From Lama guanicoe (taxonomy: Eukaryota), in the NCBI GenBank assembly GCA_013239625.1, contig MU053754.1, positions 1,469,966 to 1,533,965 of the forward strand: 64,000 nt of DNA, given 5' to 3'. A program made the position numbers and the translations under genes. The notes under the pieces were generated by a model. It ran no database searches. It had not been told where the DNA came from and worked only from the letters and a program-made list of their open reading frames with translations. Positions 37,528 to 50,185 of this stretch are shown here, piece by piece; position 1 is the first letter of the stretch; each line of letters begins with the position of its first letter.

Positions 37528-38771
37528 AACAACAAACAAATTGTCTACATTTCTCAGATCAGAAGACTGAGAGTGAAGAATTCTCAGGATTGTTTATCCA
37601 TAGATGTGAAAGCTAAATATGCCTCTGCCCTGGGGTTCTTTCCTTCTAAGGAAACTCCATGAGCAACAAGGAATGCATGGCTGATAAAGATGAACTGAGC
37701 TCCTGGGACTGTCTAGTGGAATCCTGCACACACCAGCTCTGAGCCAGGGTCATCTCATAGAATATCACAGTCAGTCCAGTGGACACTTTTAGAGATAGTG
37801 ACACATTCCATGTCTACACTCATGCAAGAACTTCTCCCTTGGGTGGGAATATTACCTGTAGCAATACTAAATCCAAGTCTCGGGGCTTAACACAGTGCTG
37901 GTTCATTTCTCACTTGTGTAATGTCCTGGGGCAGCTCTTCTCCAGGTGACCTGGGATTCCTCTAATCTGTGGCTCGGCTTCTGTAGTTACCATGCTTGTT
38001 TAGAACAAACCAAGTAGGCAAGGTCACAGGAGGTCTTCCTGGACCAGTCCAATGGCACACATGACTTCCACTCACATTCCAGTGACTGGAACTCAGCCAC
38101 TGACTGATCACAGCCAAGTGCTGGGGAACAGCTCCCAGGAAGAAGAGGACACTGATGCGGAGACTTGCTAGCAGGCTGTCACTGTACCCCTAGGAAACTG
38201 GCAAAATGCCTTCTGAGCAAGATGAAAAAAAAAAGTATTCTGTAAGTGGATCTTTTATCATGCATTTGAGAAAAAAAGAGTACGTACCTCTCCTTTGTCT
38301 GCGACACTGCTGAACGACGGTGACCAGCTGGGCAACCCTGGAGTCTACTCTAGACCCGGTTCTCAAATGATTCAAATCAAAGAGAGATCAAAAGAAGTGC
38401 AGAGAAAGTACAATATTATTGCAGAGGCATCAAATCAACATACACCTCACTTTGAAATTTTGCAAATGAAAATTCATTCTTTTACTTTGCAAACAGTGTG
38501 ACCAACTGGCTATTTCTATGAAGGAAAAAAAGAATCTTGACCTTCACTTCACGCCAAATGCACAAGTTAACACAAAATGCATCATATACGAAAGAGCTAA
38601 ACCTATTAAATTTCTAGAAGAGAACATAAGAGAAAAATCTTTAGGAAATCTGATAAGGTGAGGATTTCTAAATCAGGACACAAAAGGTTCAATTATTTTA
38701 ATTTTATAAAATCAACATCATCAAGATTAAAATTTTTTGCTCTCTGAAAGACACAGGGAAGGAAATGTAAA

Positions 38772-38901
38772 GGAGGAGGAGGATATAGCTTAGTGGTAGA
38801 GTGCGTGCTTAGCATGCAGGAGGTTCTAGATTCAATCCCCAGTGCCTCCATTTAAAAATAAATAAACCTAATTACCTCACTAAAAATAAAATTTTAAAAA
38901 A
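38772..38901 (+). mobile_element. tRNA-Ala-derived SINE (vic-1-like), left unit of a tandem pair
   Basis: ATAGCTTAGTGGTAGAGTGCGTGCTTAGCATGC...TTCAATCCCC; CCTAATTACCTC tail. Confidence 0.9.
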
Positions 38902-38925
38902 GGACAGAGTGCTCTGAAGTATTTG

Positions 38926-39077
38926 AGGGGGAGGGTATAGCTCAGTGGTAGAACACGTGCTCAGCATGCAGGAGGTCCTGGGTTCAATCCCCAGTACCTC
39001 CATTAAAAAATAAATAAGTAAGTATTAAGTTAATTAATTAATTAACCTAATTAATTCCCCCCTCAAAAAACAAAAAA
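38926..39077 (+). mobile_element. tRNA-Ala-derived SINE (vic-1-like), right unit of a tandem pair
   Basis: GGGGAGGGTATAGCTCAGTGGTAG...GGTTCAATCCCCAGTACCTCCA, A-rich linker and tail. Confidence 0.92.
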
Positions 39078-41685
39078 GAAGAGAAAATGCAAAAGAAATC
39101 CACAGACTGGGAAATTTTTGCAAAGCACATCTGACAGAGGGCTCACATCCAGAATATATGGGTAAGGCTTATAATCAGTAATGAGGGGACAACTGAGTTT
39201 GTTTAATGTTTGGAATGGACACCTCAAAAGAGGACATATTTAGCCAATATGCATATGAAAAGACGCTCAGAATCATTAGTCAGGGAAATCCAAATTAAAA
39301 GTTCCTACGCACCTACCGGCATTGCTCAAGTTAAAAAGATGACAATAACAAGTACTGAAGAAAATGCAGAGCAAGTGGGACTCCCACCCACTACGGACAG
39401 GAATACAAGACGGTTCTTACAAAGTTATATGCGCACTCACCACATGACCCAGCCATTCCACTCTAAGGCATCTACTAATGTGAAGTGAAAAACGTATGTC
39501 CACACAAAGACCTGAACGGGAATGGTAATAGTGGCTTTATTCACAACCAACAAAAACTGGAAACGAGCCAAACATCATTGAACAGGTAGGTAAGCAAATG
39601 GTGACATGTCCATGAAACTGAACCATCTTCAAGGAGAAAAAGGAAAGAACTAGGGGCACACGGAACAATATGCATGGACTTCAAAGCACGATGCTAAGTG
39701 AAAGAAGCCAGACACGAAAGCCTCCCCATACATCCTTCCCTGTATGTGATGTTTTAGAAGAGGTCAAACTGCGCACAGAGGCATTCCACCCTTGGTGTGA
39801 GGCCCTGCTGTTGCCATCTCTAAGTGCTTAATAGTTTTTGAAAACAAGGCTCCACATTTTCATTTTTCCCTGGACCCCGCAAATTATGCAGCTGGTCCTA
39901 CTTGCTTTGGCCAATGCAGTGCTTTTAAAAATAAGAACAAATGTGGACAGTTCACATCCTTACACGTCAGCATTACCTATGTTTTTACACCTGGAGCTAC
40001 TATTAACACAACTGCCTGACCCCAGAAGACAGTTTTTTGAGTCTTCAAAACTTGCAAAAGCGTATTGGTCACTTGCTCTCAGAAATCACTACAAACAGAA
40101 GAGAAGATAAAGAGGCAGGGGTGTTAAAGAGGAAGAACCTGGTAGCCTCATTCACTCACTCCCCTTCATGGTTTAGTCCGGTCAATGGGCTGACGACAGT
40201 CACAGGGGCCAAGGCTCCTGTGAGACGGGGACAGCTCAGCCTATCATCTTCCTGTGTGCATCCAGATGTTCCAGGGACCAACTGACTTTTTCGTTTTCTG
40301 TGTGGATGTTGTATTGGCACCCACCCAAGAAGGTTTGCTGTGGTATGCCCAGGGGGAAGATGTCATCTCCTGTACTGGAGATTCTTAGTAAATGTGGCTG
40401 GTTTCTAAAATGTGCCTCATGACCAGAATGGCTTCTTCATACCCCGTGGAGCTTCTGGCTCCCTTTTCAGAAATTGGTTTTATATACAAGATGACCACCG
40501 CCCCACTATCTACAGAATTCCTGTATGCGGTGTGGGCTCGTGAAATAAAAAGAAATCATGTTGTCAACTCCAAAGAACAATCAACACCTGGAAAAACAAG
40601 TCATTCTCAATGCCATGCAAAGTGCCTTGGCTAAATCTGACAAAGAAATGGAAGGTTTTGTATTCAAACTGGCAGAGCACACTTCCCGCTGAAAGCCGCA
40701 GGGCAATTCCCAGAGTAACACGCATTGCCGTTAGTGTGGAGAGCCACTGACAAGAGTATAAATGAGTTTCCATCAGTGCCAACGACGGAAGCTGTCAAGC
40801 AGGAAAAGTGCACTGCCAACTGCTTAAACACAATTCCAAAGGCAATTTTTAGCAGGAGAGGAGTGCTTTTTCATCAGGTGAACCTTCTTGAATTGATGCT
40901 GAGATTGACGCAGCAATTTCAGTGGTAAATTCTGATGGCATCTCCAAATTATCTGATGTTGTTAGCAATACTCTATGCAGCCTTGCCCCTCCGTGTCGCA
41001 AAGCACTTAACAAGTACAAACTCATAATTCCACCCCACACAGCTGTGAGGTAGGTGGGTGGCAAGTTGTTGTTTTCTTTGTTTTACAGATTTTTAAAGAA
41101 TGTGAGGGTGCAAAGGGTGGACATGCGTTTTATTTTTGAAGTCAGGGAGTTGCTATAGTGCCTTCTCTCGTGGTGAAGGAAATGGAGCTATAACTAAACA
41201 CATTTACATTTAAGGCTCTTCTCCTCATTCTTCAGATTCATGAGAATCAGAATCACACAGACAGCATTTTATAGTCCCCAGAAGAAGGGTAAGCAGTGAG
41301 CAGGCCTGTCAGTCTCTGAAGACTGGCATCAGCAGAACTTGAAAAGGCAAAAGGGGAAAATAACTGATATTCTTCATGCCCTGAGGGAAAATGTTTGTGA
41401 GAAGTAAAGATTTCCCCATGTTCCAGTTGTTCTAGAGCAGAGCTCGAATAATCTAAGAAGGTTAGACAGCACTGCATTGTAACAGGACCTGGATGGTAAG
41501 GTGGACATAGATTAGGGTGAGTATGTACGCACACATGCACGCACTGGGGGGAAGAGGGGCTTTTAAACTTATTCTGCTATATCTAACTGACCCTTATTCC
41601 ATAAAAAATTCTTCTTCCACAAACATTAACTGAATGCTACAGATGAACTTTCCTCAAAACGTACTCTTTTCATCGTCTTTATCTT

Positions 41686-42190
41686 GTGTTCTAGTTAGTA
41701 CTGTAGCACAACTAATTGTCCCAGATTTGTTCACAGTCTGCGATTTGGACTGGGGTTGGTGGAGGCAACTCACCCCTGCTCCTCTCGGTCTTCACTGGGG
41801 CAGCATCTAAAGGCAGGGGGCTAGAATTAGCTGGAGTCCCTCACTCATACGTCTGGAGGTTGCTGCTGGCTGTTGACTAAGATCTCAGCAAGAGCTGCTG
41901 GTTGAGCAACTGGCACATGGACTCACCACACTCTTCAAGTGGCATGGGCTTCCTTACCACTGGTGCCTGATTCCAAGAGTGAATATTCAAGGCCAGGAGA
42001 AAGCATGACCTGGCCTAGGAAGTCACACAGCGTTACTTCCACCACATTTTATTTTTCCAGGTGGTCATAAAGCCCTCCTCAGGTTCAAGGGGAGAGACCA
42101 GACTCTACCTCCTGATGAGGAACAGCAAGTGTCTAGAAGAGCATACAGGACCAGAAAGCCAGCTGGAATCATGGTCTCCACCCTGCCAAC
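41686..42190 (-). mobile_element. Old MLT1-type MaLR LTR
   Basis: GACCTGGCCTAGGAAGTCACACAGCGTTACTTCCACCACATT...GGTTCAAGGGGAG...GACTCTACCTCCTGATG. Confidence 0.7.
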
Positions 42191-44720
42191 TCACAGAGCA
42201 GCTGTCTATGATATTCTGTAACATTCTATTGCATCTCCAAAACACAAGGGCTTGGAGGCAATTGTGGGGCCGCCAAAAGAGATATGAACTGCATCCAAAG
42301 CTCCCTCAGCACCCACAGAACATGAGACCATAACAGCCACATGAGGAGAAAAAAATCACTTACTGTTTCTTTATCCACCCACAGCAATAGTACAAGGGAG
42401 TTCAATCTCAAATTCACTAGAAAATTTAGCATGAAAAGATATTACCTCAGAATATATACCCAGTGTCCTTGCCCACAGAAACTAAAATGAGATGCACAGT
42501 ATGTTTACAAACCAGTATTTCCTTTCTTGCACACTGGCTTTGAAACAGCAGAGCGATGATTTTTGATTTGTTACCTGTTAAGTATTTTAATTACATTTGG
42601 AAGTAAGCAGTATTCCAGAAAAGACAAACAGTCAAAGACAAGGTAATTAATTCTTGAAGGTAACCATTCTAATATATGCATTTTTTCATGGCGCAAATTA
42701 ATTATTCTCAAGACAACTGTCTTTTCCCTTGTAAATTAGGACATTTCTCCCCTAATTAGTTTAAATTGCCTGTAGGAGATTATCACCGCTGAGCTATGGA
42801 ATTTCTTTCAGAAGGTAATGCCAGTTAACAGAGCAAGGAGTTTAAAATAGAAAGCAGAGTCTTGGCTTTTGGCTTGTTTCTGTTCAGTGGGGCGTAGAAT
42901 CAAAAATTTAAATCTACGATTATGTACGAATATTCACACTATTCTGAGTTAAGAGCAAGTGTTCACTAGAGTCATCTGGACAAAACACCATGGAAATGTC
43001 TTCGTCTCATCATACTGCCATCCTCGGACCTGCCAAAACAGCTTAGGCTAAGAACGCAGGGTTTTCTCTTCCTGTATGCGGAGCTGCCGATCACGTGGAG
43101 ATGCCAACCAAGGAAGAAATGACACTGAGCTCCCTCCCAAATGTGCCCCCGATCTGCTGCTCAGATGACATTTAATCTAGATCTACCAGGTCTTCCCTCT
43201 GCTCCTCAGGGAAAAGCAACACTTCTCGACAAGCCCAGTTAGAGCAGAAGGATGATTGAACAGCTTCAGCCCTTCTGGAGAAACCAAATAAGCCTTTGCC
43301 TGTCTGTTCTCAGCCCCAACCATCACCTGTGTTGCACTCTGAAGCCCCCTGAGTTGTTAGTCAATTCAAAGTTGTTTTGGAATTATTCACTCGCTCTCCA
43401 AATATGTACTGGGCGACTAAATGGTGACCACCATCTCTGCCTCGAGGAACACATGTTTCAGTAGAATTATATAGACTCCACTCCAAGTTATGTAGAGACA
43501 CAGAAATCAAGTGTACAGATACTTATTTTAAACCAATCGCCAGTAACTTGTTTTCAAGTTGTTTGGCAGAATTTTCTTCCAAGTTGGTTTCAATGTAAAG
43601 ACCCTGAAACTGCCGGAGTCAGATCCAACTTTTAAAACCTCTTATAGAATATCTTTTTTTTTTTTAACAGGATGTAACCTCTTACAAAGCCAGGCACAGA
43701 ATACTGTAATGCCTGCAAGCCGGCCTCCTACATCATTCATGCTGCAGGATAACAGATGATGAAGCTTGCACATCCGAGGTTTACCTCACTGGCCCTGTAT
43801 CAGGGCTTATGAATGTGGATTAAACATAATGTTGAACAAACAAAACCAAAAGAAAGAGAGCATGTGCTGTATGATTTTGTTTCTCTGGTTCAAGAACAAG
43901 CAACACTAACCAACGCTAACAGAAGTCAGAGCAACAGTTCCTCGGTTTCAAAGAGATGGCTGGGAAAGGGCATGAGGGAATTTCCAGGGTGCTGGAAATG
44001 TTCCATGTTGTCATCTGGGGAATGTTTACCCAGGTGTAGACAGAGAAGAAAACCATCAGTCTACACATCTACGATCTGTACACTTCACTGTATGTTAAGT
44101 TACACCTGAGTGGGAAAAGTAAAGAATGTGGAATGGAGACGATCGCTATGAACTGACATTTCCAGGATAAACTAACTGTTCAGTGAAAATGCAAATTAAT
44201 ACCTACAGGATGTTACCTTCATGTAGGAAAGACGAGCATGTAAGAAGATACTGACATATTCGTTCTTGTACATAAAAGAAACACAGGTTAGATAAATCAG
44301 AAACTACCTACCAGGAATGGGTGAGCTTTAGGGGAGGATGAGTGAGTAGAAATGGGATAGAAGGCATGGGGAGCGACATCTCTACCTGTATATCTTTTTG
44401 TATAGTTCTAACATTTAGAACTTTCACTTACTCAAAAAAATTTATAAATAACTATAATCAACCAGGCCAGTGGGGGCGGGGGGGACCCAGAATGGAATTC
44501 AAGCAGTCAGTCACACCTGAGCTTAACTCCATCACAAATGAATAACAAAGCCATACTGAAAGAAGAAAAGAACTGAACTGAGTATCTTTGGAAAACAGTA
44601 CTGTAACTATATAAGGGTTGGAAGACAAAAAGAAAGGTGCCCATATGTTGTATTCTAGTTACGACATTTTCTACTATGCAACAGGTATGAGGTAGTAATT
44701 TTGAACATATGTATATTCAA

Positions 44721-44722
<2 letters not shown>

Positions 44723-44755
<33 letters not shown>
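44723..44755. repeat. (AC)n microsatellite
   Basis: Read directly from the sequence. Confidence 0.97.
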
Positions 44756-44759
<4 letters not shown>

Positions 44760-45535
44760 GGGACTGAGCAAATTCATAAATATATTGTGGATAATGAGAG
44801 GTAGGTTTTCATTGTTGGAGAAAGGAGTGACGGGGAAAGACAAGAATGAACGCTGTGGTATTGGATTTGAATCAGATACGTCAGTATAAACTCACAGTCT
44901 TTAGTTTATAAACAGATCTTGATATGGATGAGTGTGTGTGTATATATGTATGATTCATATATGTACTAGGAAATAGCTATGAAGCTATGACACCCCAGTA
45001 GCAATGAGTACCCAGCACCCTGATCTTGGTTTCTCAATTCATTCTCCAATAAAAGGAACCAGGGCTCCCTGGAGACATGGCTTACTCCATGACTGAGGCA
45101 GTGAAAATATAAGATGTTCTAGGCATATTGTGTGGTGCCAAAAATTAAGGCAGTGCTCAGAAAGTGATGAGGGCATGTCAAAAAGACATAGGAACCCAGG
45201 TAAGGGATCTCCCACTGACCAAATCTGGGACAATTTGAACAACAACAGCAAAAACCCAAAACATGGACAGTAATGAACTATAACCCATAGAATAAAATGA
45301 ATATCCATGAATTCATTACTAACAAATCAAAGGGGGAGAAGGTATAGCTAGCTCTTCCTTATCCAAGTTTCAATTAATAAATGTAGAGGAATGAAGGAAA
45401 TAGAAAAATCACCATTTGCATATACCAAAGTAATAAGTGCTCCAGAAGGAATCATTCATAAATGCTAAAAATCAGTGGGTTAAAAAAGGTGTGATAAGAA
45501 ACAAGATATTTGCATGCTGTCAAAGTATCTCCTAA

Positions 45536-45632
45536 GCTGGAGGTATAGCTCAGTGGTAGAGCATATGTTTAGCACGCATTAGGTCCTGGGTTCAATCCCC
45601 AGCACCTCCATTAAAAAAAATAAATAAATAAA
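45536..45632 (+). mobile_element. tRNA-Ala-derived SINE, short form lacking the 3' tail motif
   Basis: A/B boxes followed directly by (TAAA)n; TSD CAAAGTATCTCCT at 45521-45533 and 45633-45645. Confidence 0.92.
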
Positions 45633-46455
45633 CAAAGTATCTCCTTACAAGAATTCAAAGGAAAAGACTAACTTAACAGTGGAGAATCATGGTAGACACA
45701 ATTGTAACCAAATGATCAAGGTTACTCTCACCAGTAATGAAATATATTGACATCAAGTGGCCCCTGATACGATGTACTGAGAAGAACACATTATCAATTC
45801 TGTAGTATTCTTGCCCAAAATGCATAAACTAAATTTAATCATGAAGAAACACCAGGAAAATTCAAACATTCACTTAACAAGTGGCCAGTACTCTTCATAA
45901 AGTGCCAAAATCATGAAAGGCAAAGAAAGATTCAGAAACTGCCCCAGATCAAAGGAAGCTAAGGATATACCCACAACTATATAAAATGTGGGATCCCAGA
46001 GCAGAAAATGGACATTAGTGGGGAACTGCTGAAATCTGAATAAAACCTTGAAGGCTAGTTAATAGTGCTATATTAATGTTAATTTCTTCATTCTGATCAT
46101 CGTATGATGGCTACATAAGACTTTAAAATTTTTAAAAGCTGGAGGAAGGAATATGTATAGGAAGAGTTTGTACCAGTTTTGCAGCATTTTTGTAAGTCTC
46201 AAATTATTTCAAAACAAGAAACTAACAATAATTTTTATTTTATGTACATGGCCAACACTTTTTGGAGCAGTGGAATATCAGTAAGACGTGCCCCCTGGAT
46301 GTGATATTTATCTAGCCATGTGACTTCACGGTAGTCACTTACACTCACTGCCCCTGATTTAGTCCTCCAGCTGTGAGCTACTCACCACAATCCCCATTTT
46401 ACAGATGACTCAACTGAGGCAGCATACATAAAGGGCTTATGACCCAGTATATGAA

Positions 46456-46474
46456 ATTATTATTATTATTACTT

Positions 46475-46510
<36 letters not shown>

Positions 46511-46521
46511 ACTACTACTAC
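46456..46521. repeat. Compound (ATT)n/(ACT)n trinucleotide microsatellite
   Basis: Read directly from the sequence. Confidence 0.97.
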
Positions 46522-47046
46522 GGATGAGGGAATGTCAGGATGTGAGCAAAGTCACTTGTTTCAGTTATTTTTATTAAGTACTTTCTCACCCAGTGAAGAA
46601 TCAAAGGAAGAAGTCAGAGATGCAGTGAGTGGGAAAGAAAAGATAAAAGGAGCTAGAAGGAGGAGGCAAGGAGGGCTAGAGAAAGGAAAGTGGGAGGTAA
46701 AAGAACTGACCCTTAACCTAGAATAAAAGCTAACTTTCAGTATCATGAATAAGCCACTGAACAAAAAAATAACGTAGGAACTACATGTTTTTCTTTTTTT
46801 ACACTGGGAGTTTCCAAAAAATATATTCACACTCATAGAGTTAAAGTAATTGCTAATGTAAAATTGAATTCTACATGATATTTAATCACTGTCTCCTCAT
46901 TACTAATTCATCATGGTAACTGATAATGATGACAACAAATCCATTTCCCACGAGAAGCTACCTCAAGTCTAAACTCTTATCTAATATTATGCATGGAAGC
47001 CAGGGTCACCCTCCTGAGGTTAGTGATTCCTACCTGGAATCTAATT

Positions 47047-47094
<48 letters not shown>

Positions 47095-47305
47095 GATAGA
47101 TGGGTGGATGGATGGATGGATAGGGATAAGAGACAGATGGACAGATGGGTGGATGGATGGATAGATGAATAGACAGACAGGCAAATAGGTAGATGAAAGA
47201 TGGATAGATGAGTTGATGGATAAACAGACAACTGATATATGGACAGATAGATGCCTGGTAAGTAGGTAAATAATGGATGGATGGATAGATAAATAGAGAT
47301 AGAGT
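47047..47305. repeat. (ATAG)11 perfect array followed by degenerate GATA/GGAT repeats
   Basis: Read directly from the sequence. Confidence 0.97.
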
Positions 47306-47419
47306 GATCATCACTGGATTTATGCATGCATATCATCACAGAAAGAGTCAGATAAAAATTATTCAGTGATAAGTACGCTACATCACCCAAATCAAAATTA
47401 CTGTATGAGGAACATTAAT

Positions 47420-47875
47420 TTATTTATTTACATAACACAGTGTCATTTAGACACTCAGTGAGTACCAGGCTCCTGACACTGAGTCAAAAGCACAAAGAAT
47501 AAAACAAATTTCCTGCTCCATCAAGATTACCTTCTAGTGGAGAAGACAGAAATAAATTAAAAATACATTATGGCAAGTCGAGATGAGGGTTTATGAAGAA
47601 AAATAAGGCATAATAAGGGGCAAGAGATTTCAGAGAGGGGGCTACCTGTGCATGCATGGTCAGAAAAGGCCCCTCGCGTGAATAAAGAGCCATGTGCATA
47701 CCTGGGGGTAAGGGCTCCACATGCAAATGCCTGAGGACTGGAGTGCGTGTGGCAAGCCTGAGGAACAGAGAGAAGGTATGCCCTTGCACTCCATGAGAGG
47801 AGCAGAAAACAGTAGGTGAGAGGTAGTCAGCGGCCCCATTCTTCCAGTCTAGTAGGCCATGGGCCGCCATATATG
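47420..47875 (-). mobile_element. L2 3' fragment
   Basis: AATAAAACAAATTTCCTGCTC...CCTTCTAGTGGAGAAGACAGA...ATGCAAATGCCTGAGG...TGAGGAACAG typical of reverse L2. Confidence 0.75.
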
Positions 47876-48837
47876 TGACTACTGAGGGTATGCATGCATA
47901 TCATCACTGGAAGACTCAGATAAAATCCTTCAGGATTACAGAGGAACTTGTAGAAACCCATAGGAAGCCAGCCTTCTGTTTTATCTCTAGAGTCCACAGG
48001 TTGCTGAAACCCAAGACAGCCTGAAACAGGCGTGCACAGGGCTGTAAACCTTGGCAAGGTGAGTGAGATTCTCTAGGTGAGACATATTTTTCCCTTGTGC
48101 TGTTTTTCTAGCCTTTCACATCTGAATGTCTTATGTTACTTTCAGGCGACACATCTCTGTTTGTGCAAAAGGTTCAGGACCAGGCAGCATGGAAAAATGT
48201 CGCTTTCTCTGTTTATTTTTAAGCACAGGCCTCTTTGGGCAGCGATGCCCACAGATCTCCATCCTTACTGGAAGTGGCAAAGGGAAATGAGGCTGGAGGC
48301 AAGCCCAGCCTCCCAGAGAGCCCAAACCTTATTTAAAGCTATTTTGGAGCCAAGGACATTTTCTTGAATCCGTTCCAAACTAGAATGAAGATGCTGGTGC
48401 ATGATATTTTTGCAAAATATGCAGGCTTAGGAATTGACAGACTTTATATTTACGTCAAATATGAAGAACCATTTGTGAATTCTTGTTGCAGAAAGCTGCT
48501 GTCTACAAGCCAAAAATAATAGCATAAAGAATAATAATAAAACAAAGCTGGCATAAAACCCATCTTCTCTTAAAGACGGCCAATTTTTAGTTTGTTAGCA
48601 CTGACTCTTGGAACCCAAAAGGAAAATAAATTCCCACCCACACAATCTGCATTGTTCCTCTCCTCCTCATGTTAATTTTACCTCACACCTCAAATACATA
48701 CAATCACTTATTTTTCCTTTTGAAAGTGAAGGTGTTTGTTCTAAAAATAAGTTATCTGCATCTGATTCCATAAACGGTTTCTTCCTAATGACTGCTATTT
48801 TTCAAGACTGTTGCTTTAACTAAAGTTACAGTAAAGA

Positions 48838-48994
48838 GCGGGAGGGTACAGCTCAGCAGTAGAGTGAGTGCTTAGCATACACATAAGGTCCGAGGTTCAA
48901 TCCCCAGAACCTCCACTAAAAAATAAAATAAAATAAATATAAATATTAATTTAAAAATACATAAAGGAACCTAATTACCTCCACCCTAAAAAAA
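48838..48994 (+). mobile_element. tRNA-Ala-derived SINE (vic-1-like)
   Basis: A/B boxes, CCTAATTACCTCC tail; TSD AAAGTTACAGTAAAGA (48822-48837) / AAGGTTACAGTAAAGA (48995-49010). Confidence 0.92.
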
Positions 48995-49407
48995 AAGGTT
49001 ACAGTAAAGAATTATATTTTCTTCCAAAATTCTCTTCAGATGTGTGTGCGTGTATACACACACAGTCTTCATAACACAAAAACTAATTGCCCATTAGGTC
49101 TGTTCAAATACATAATCAAATAGTCCCATAAAGAAAAAAATAATAATCAAACTTGTTTGCTGCATGTGGATCAAGAACTAGAAATTCCTTTTTTATCCCC
49201 AATCAAGGGTCACACACATGAAAAACTCATCCAACCCAAGAGCCACCCAAATCAGCTAGTATTTTTAAAAACCAGATTATAAATAGAAACTCACCTAACA
49301 CTTAATTAAACAACACAATGTAAAATGTCCAAGCATACAAGTGTTTCTGGAATGCTTTGATTCCACTGGGTGACCCAGAAGAAGACCCAGAGCAAGTGTT
49401 AGAAAAC

Positions 49408-49587
49408 CAAGGTTGACAGAGTTGGGCTCGCATCAGAAGCCCCTGCAGGGCATGTCGTAATACAGACTGCTGCTGCACCGTCAAAGTTTCTGATTCCAGA
49501 GGCCTGGTGTGAAAACTGAGACCTGCATTTCTAAGCTGCTTCCAGGAGATGCTGACGCTGGACCACACACCACACTCTGAGTCACAA
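49408..49587. mobile_element. MER5A-like MITE
   Basis: GCATCAGAAGCCCCTG...CTGCATTTCTAAG...GACCACACACCACACTCTGAG. Confidence 0.7.
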
Positions 49588-49672
49588 TGAGGGAACGGGG
49601 AGATGAAAACAGGAGAGAAGGAAAGATAGAGGGGCAATGCAGTGAGAGTGATGTAGTCAGGCAGGGGGGCGG

Positions 49673-50185
49673 TGTGGGAATCTGTCATTGCCTGGGCCCA
49701 CTGAGAGGGACAACACATACTCCACCCCCTCTGGAAGCCAGCAGTGCAGAATAGAACAATGAACTCTAGCAGACCTTCTGAGTTGGCTGAACCCACCGCT
49801 TCCACAGCCCCAGTTAAGTAACTGATTCAGTCTTGGCCATGGAGAGATAAGTGAAAAAGCCACAGGACAACTGGGTCTTCTAATAAAGCTGCCCCCTTGA
49901 TCTCTCTGGTCCTTTCTCCCTCTTCCTGCCCATAGAGAGACCTGAGCCAGGAGATGCAGCAGCCACTCTGTGGCCATGTGGGCACGAGGACAAAGGCATC
50001 CTCCTATGCCGGGTGGAACAAAAGAATGGAAAACGCCTGGCTGCATCATGCAGCCACGGTCCCATCATGCCCTCCATGATGTCCTACACCCAGTCTTCAT
50101 GATGCCAAGGCAAGAACACCCTTCTATGTTGAAATTTAATTGTTGGGTTTTCTGTTGCCTTCAGCTAAACGATCCCAACTAATAT
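49673..50185 (+). mobile_element. Old MLT1-type MaLR LTR
   Basis: Ends TGGGTTTTCTGTTGCCTTCAGCTAAACGATCCCAACTAATA, an MLT1J/K-like 3' terminus. Confidence 0.6.

Larger units (their letters stand above)
38470..39775 (+). mobile_element. Old L1 ORF2/3' fragment interrupted by a SINE dimer
   Basis: Degenerate ORF2 segments (TTCTAGAAGAGAACATAAGAG; CCACAGACTGGGAAATTTTTGCAAA) continue on both sides of the SINEs. Confidence 0.82.
43805..46225 (+). mobile_element. Ancient L1 3' UTR fragments (L1MC/MD/ME-type), containing a CA repeat and a SINE
   Basis: Motifs such as TTCTCCAATAAAAGGAACCAGGGCTCC and GGACATTAGTGGG...GAAATCTGAATAAA typical of long old L1 3' UTRs. Confidence 0.72.

Noticed and set aside
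38926..39003. tRNA-Ala(AGC)-like genes here and at five other sites
   Set aside because: Each has stem-disrupting substitutions, an A-rich tail and usually a TSD; they are SINE copies, not tRNA genes.
46439..46726. ORF with a poly-Leu signal-peptide-like N-terminus
   Set aside because: The poly-Leu/Thr run is just the ATT/ACT microsatellite.
46977..47390. ORFs with YLSI/HPS repeats
   Set aside because: Translation of the GATA/GGAT satellite.
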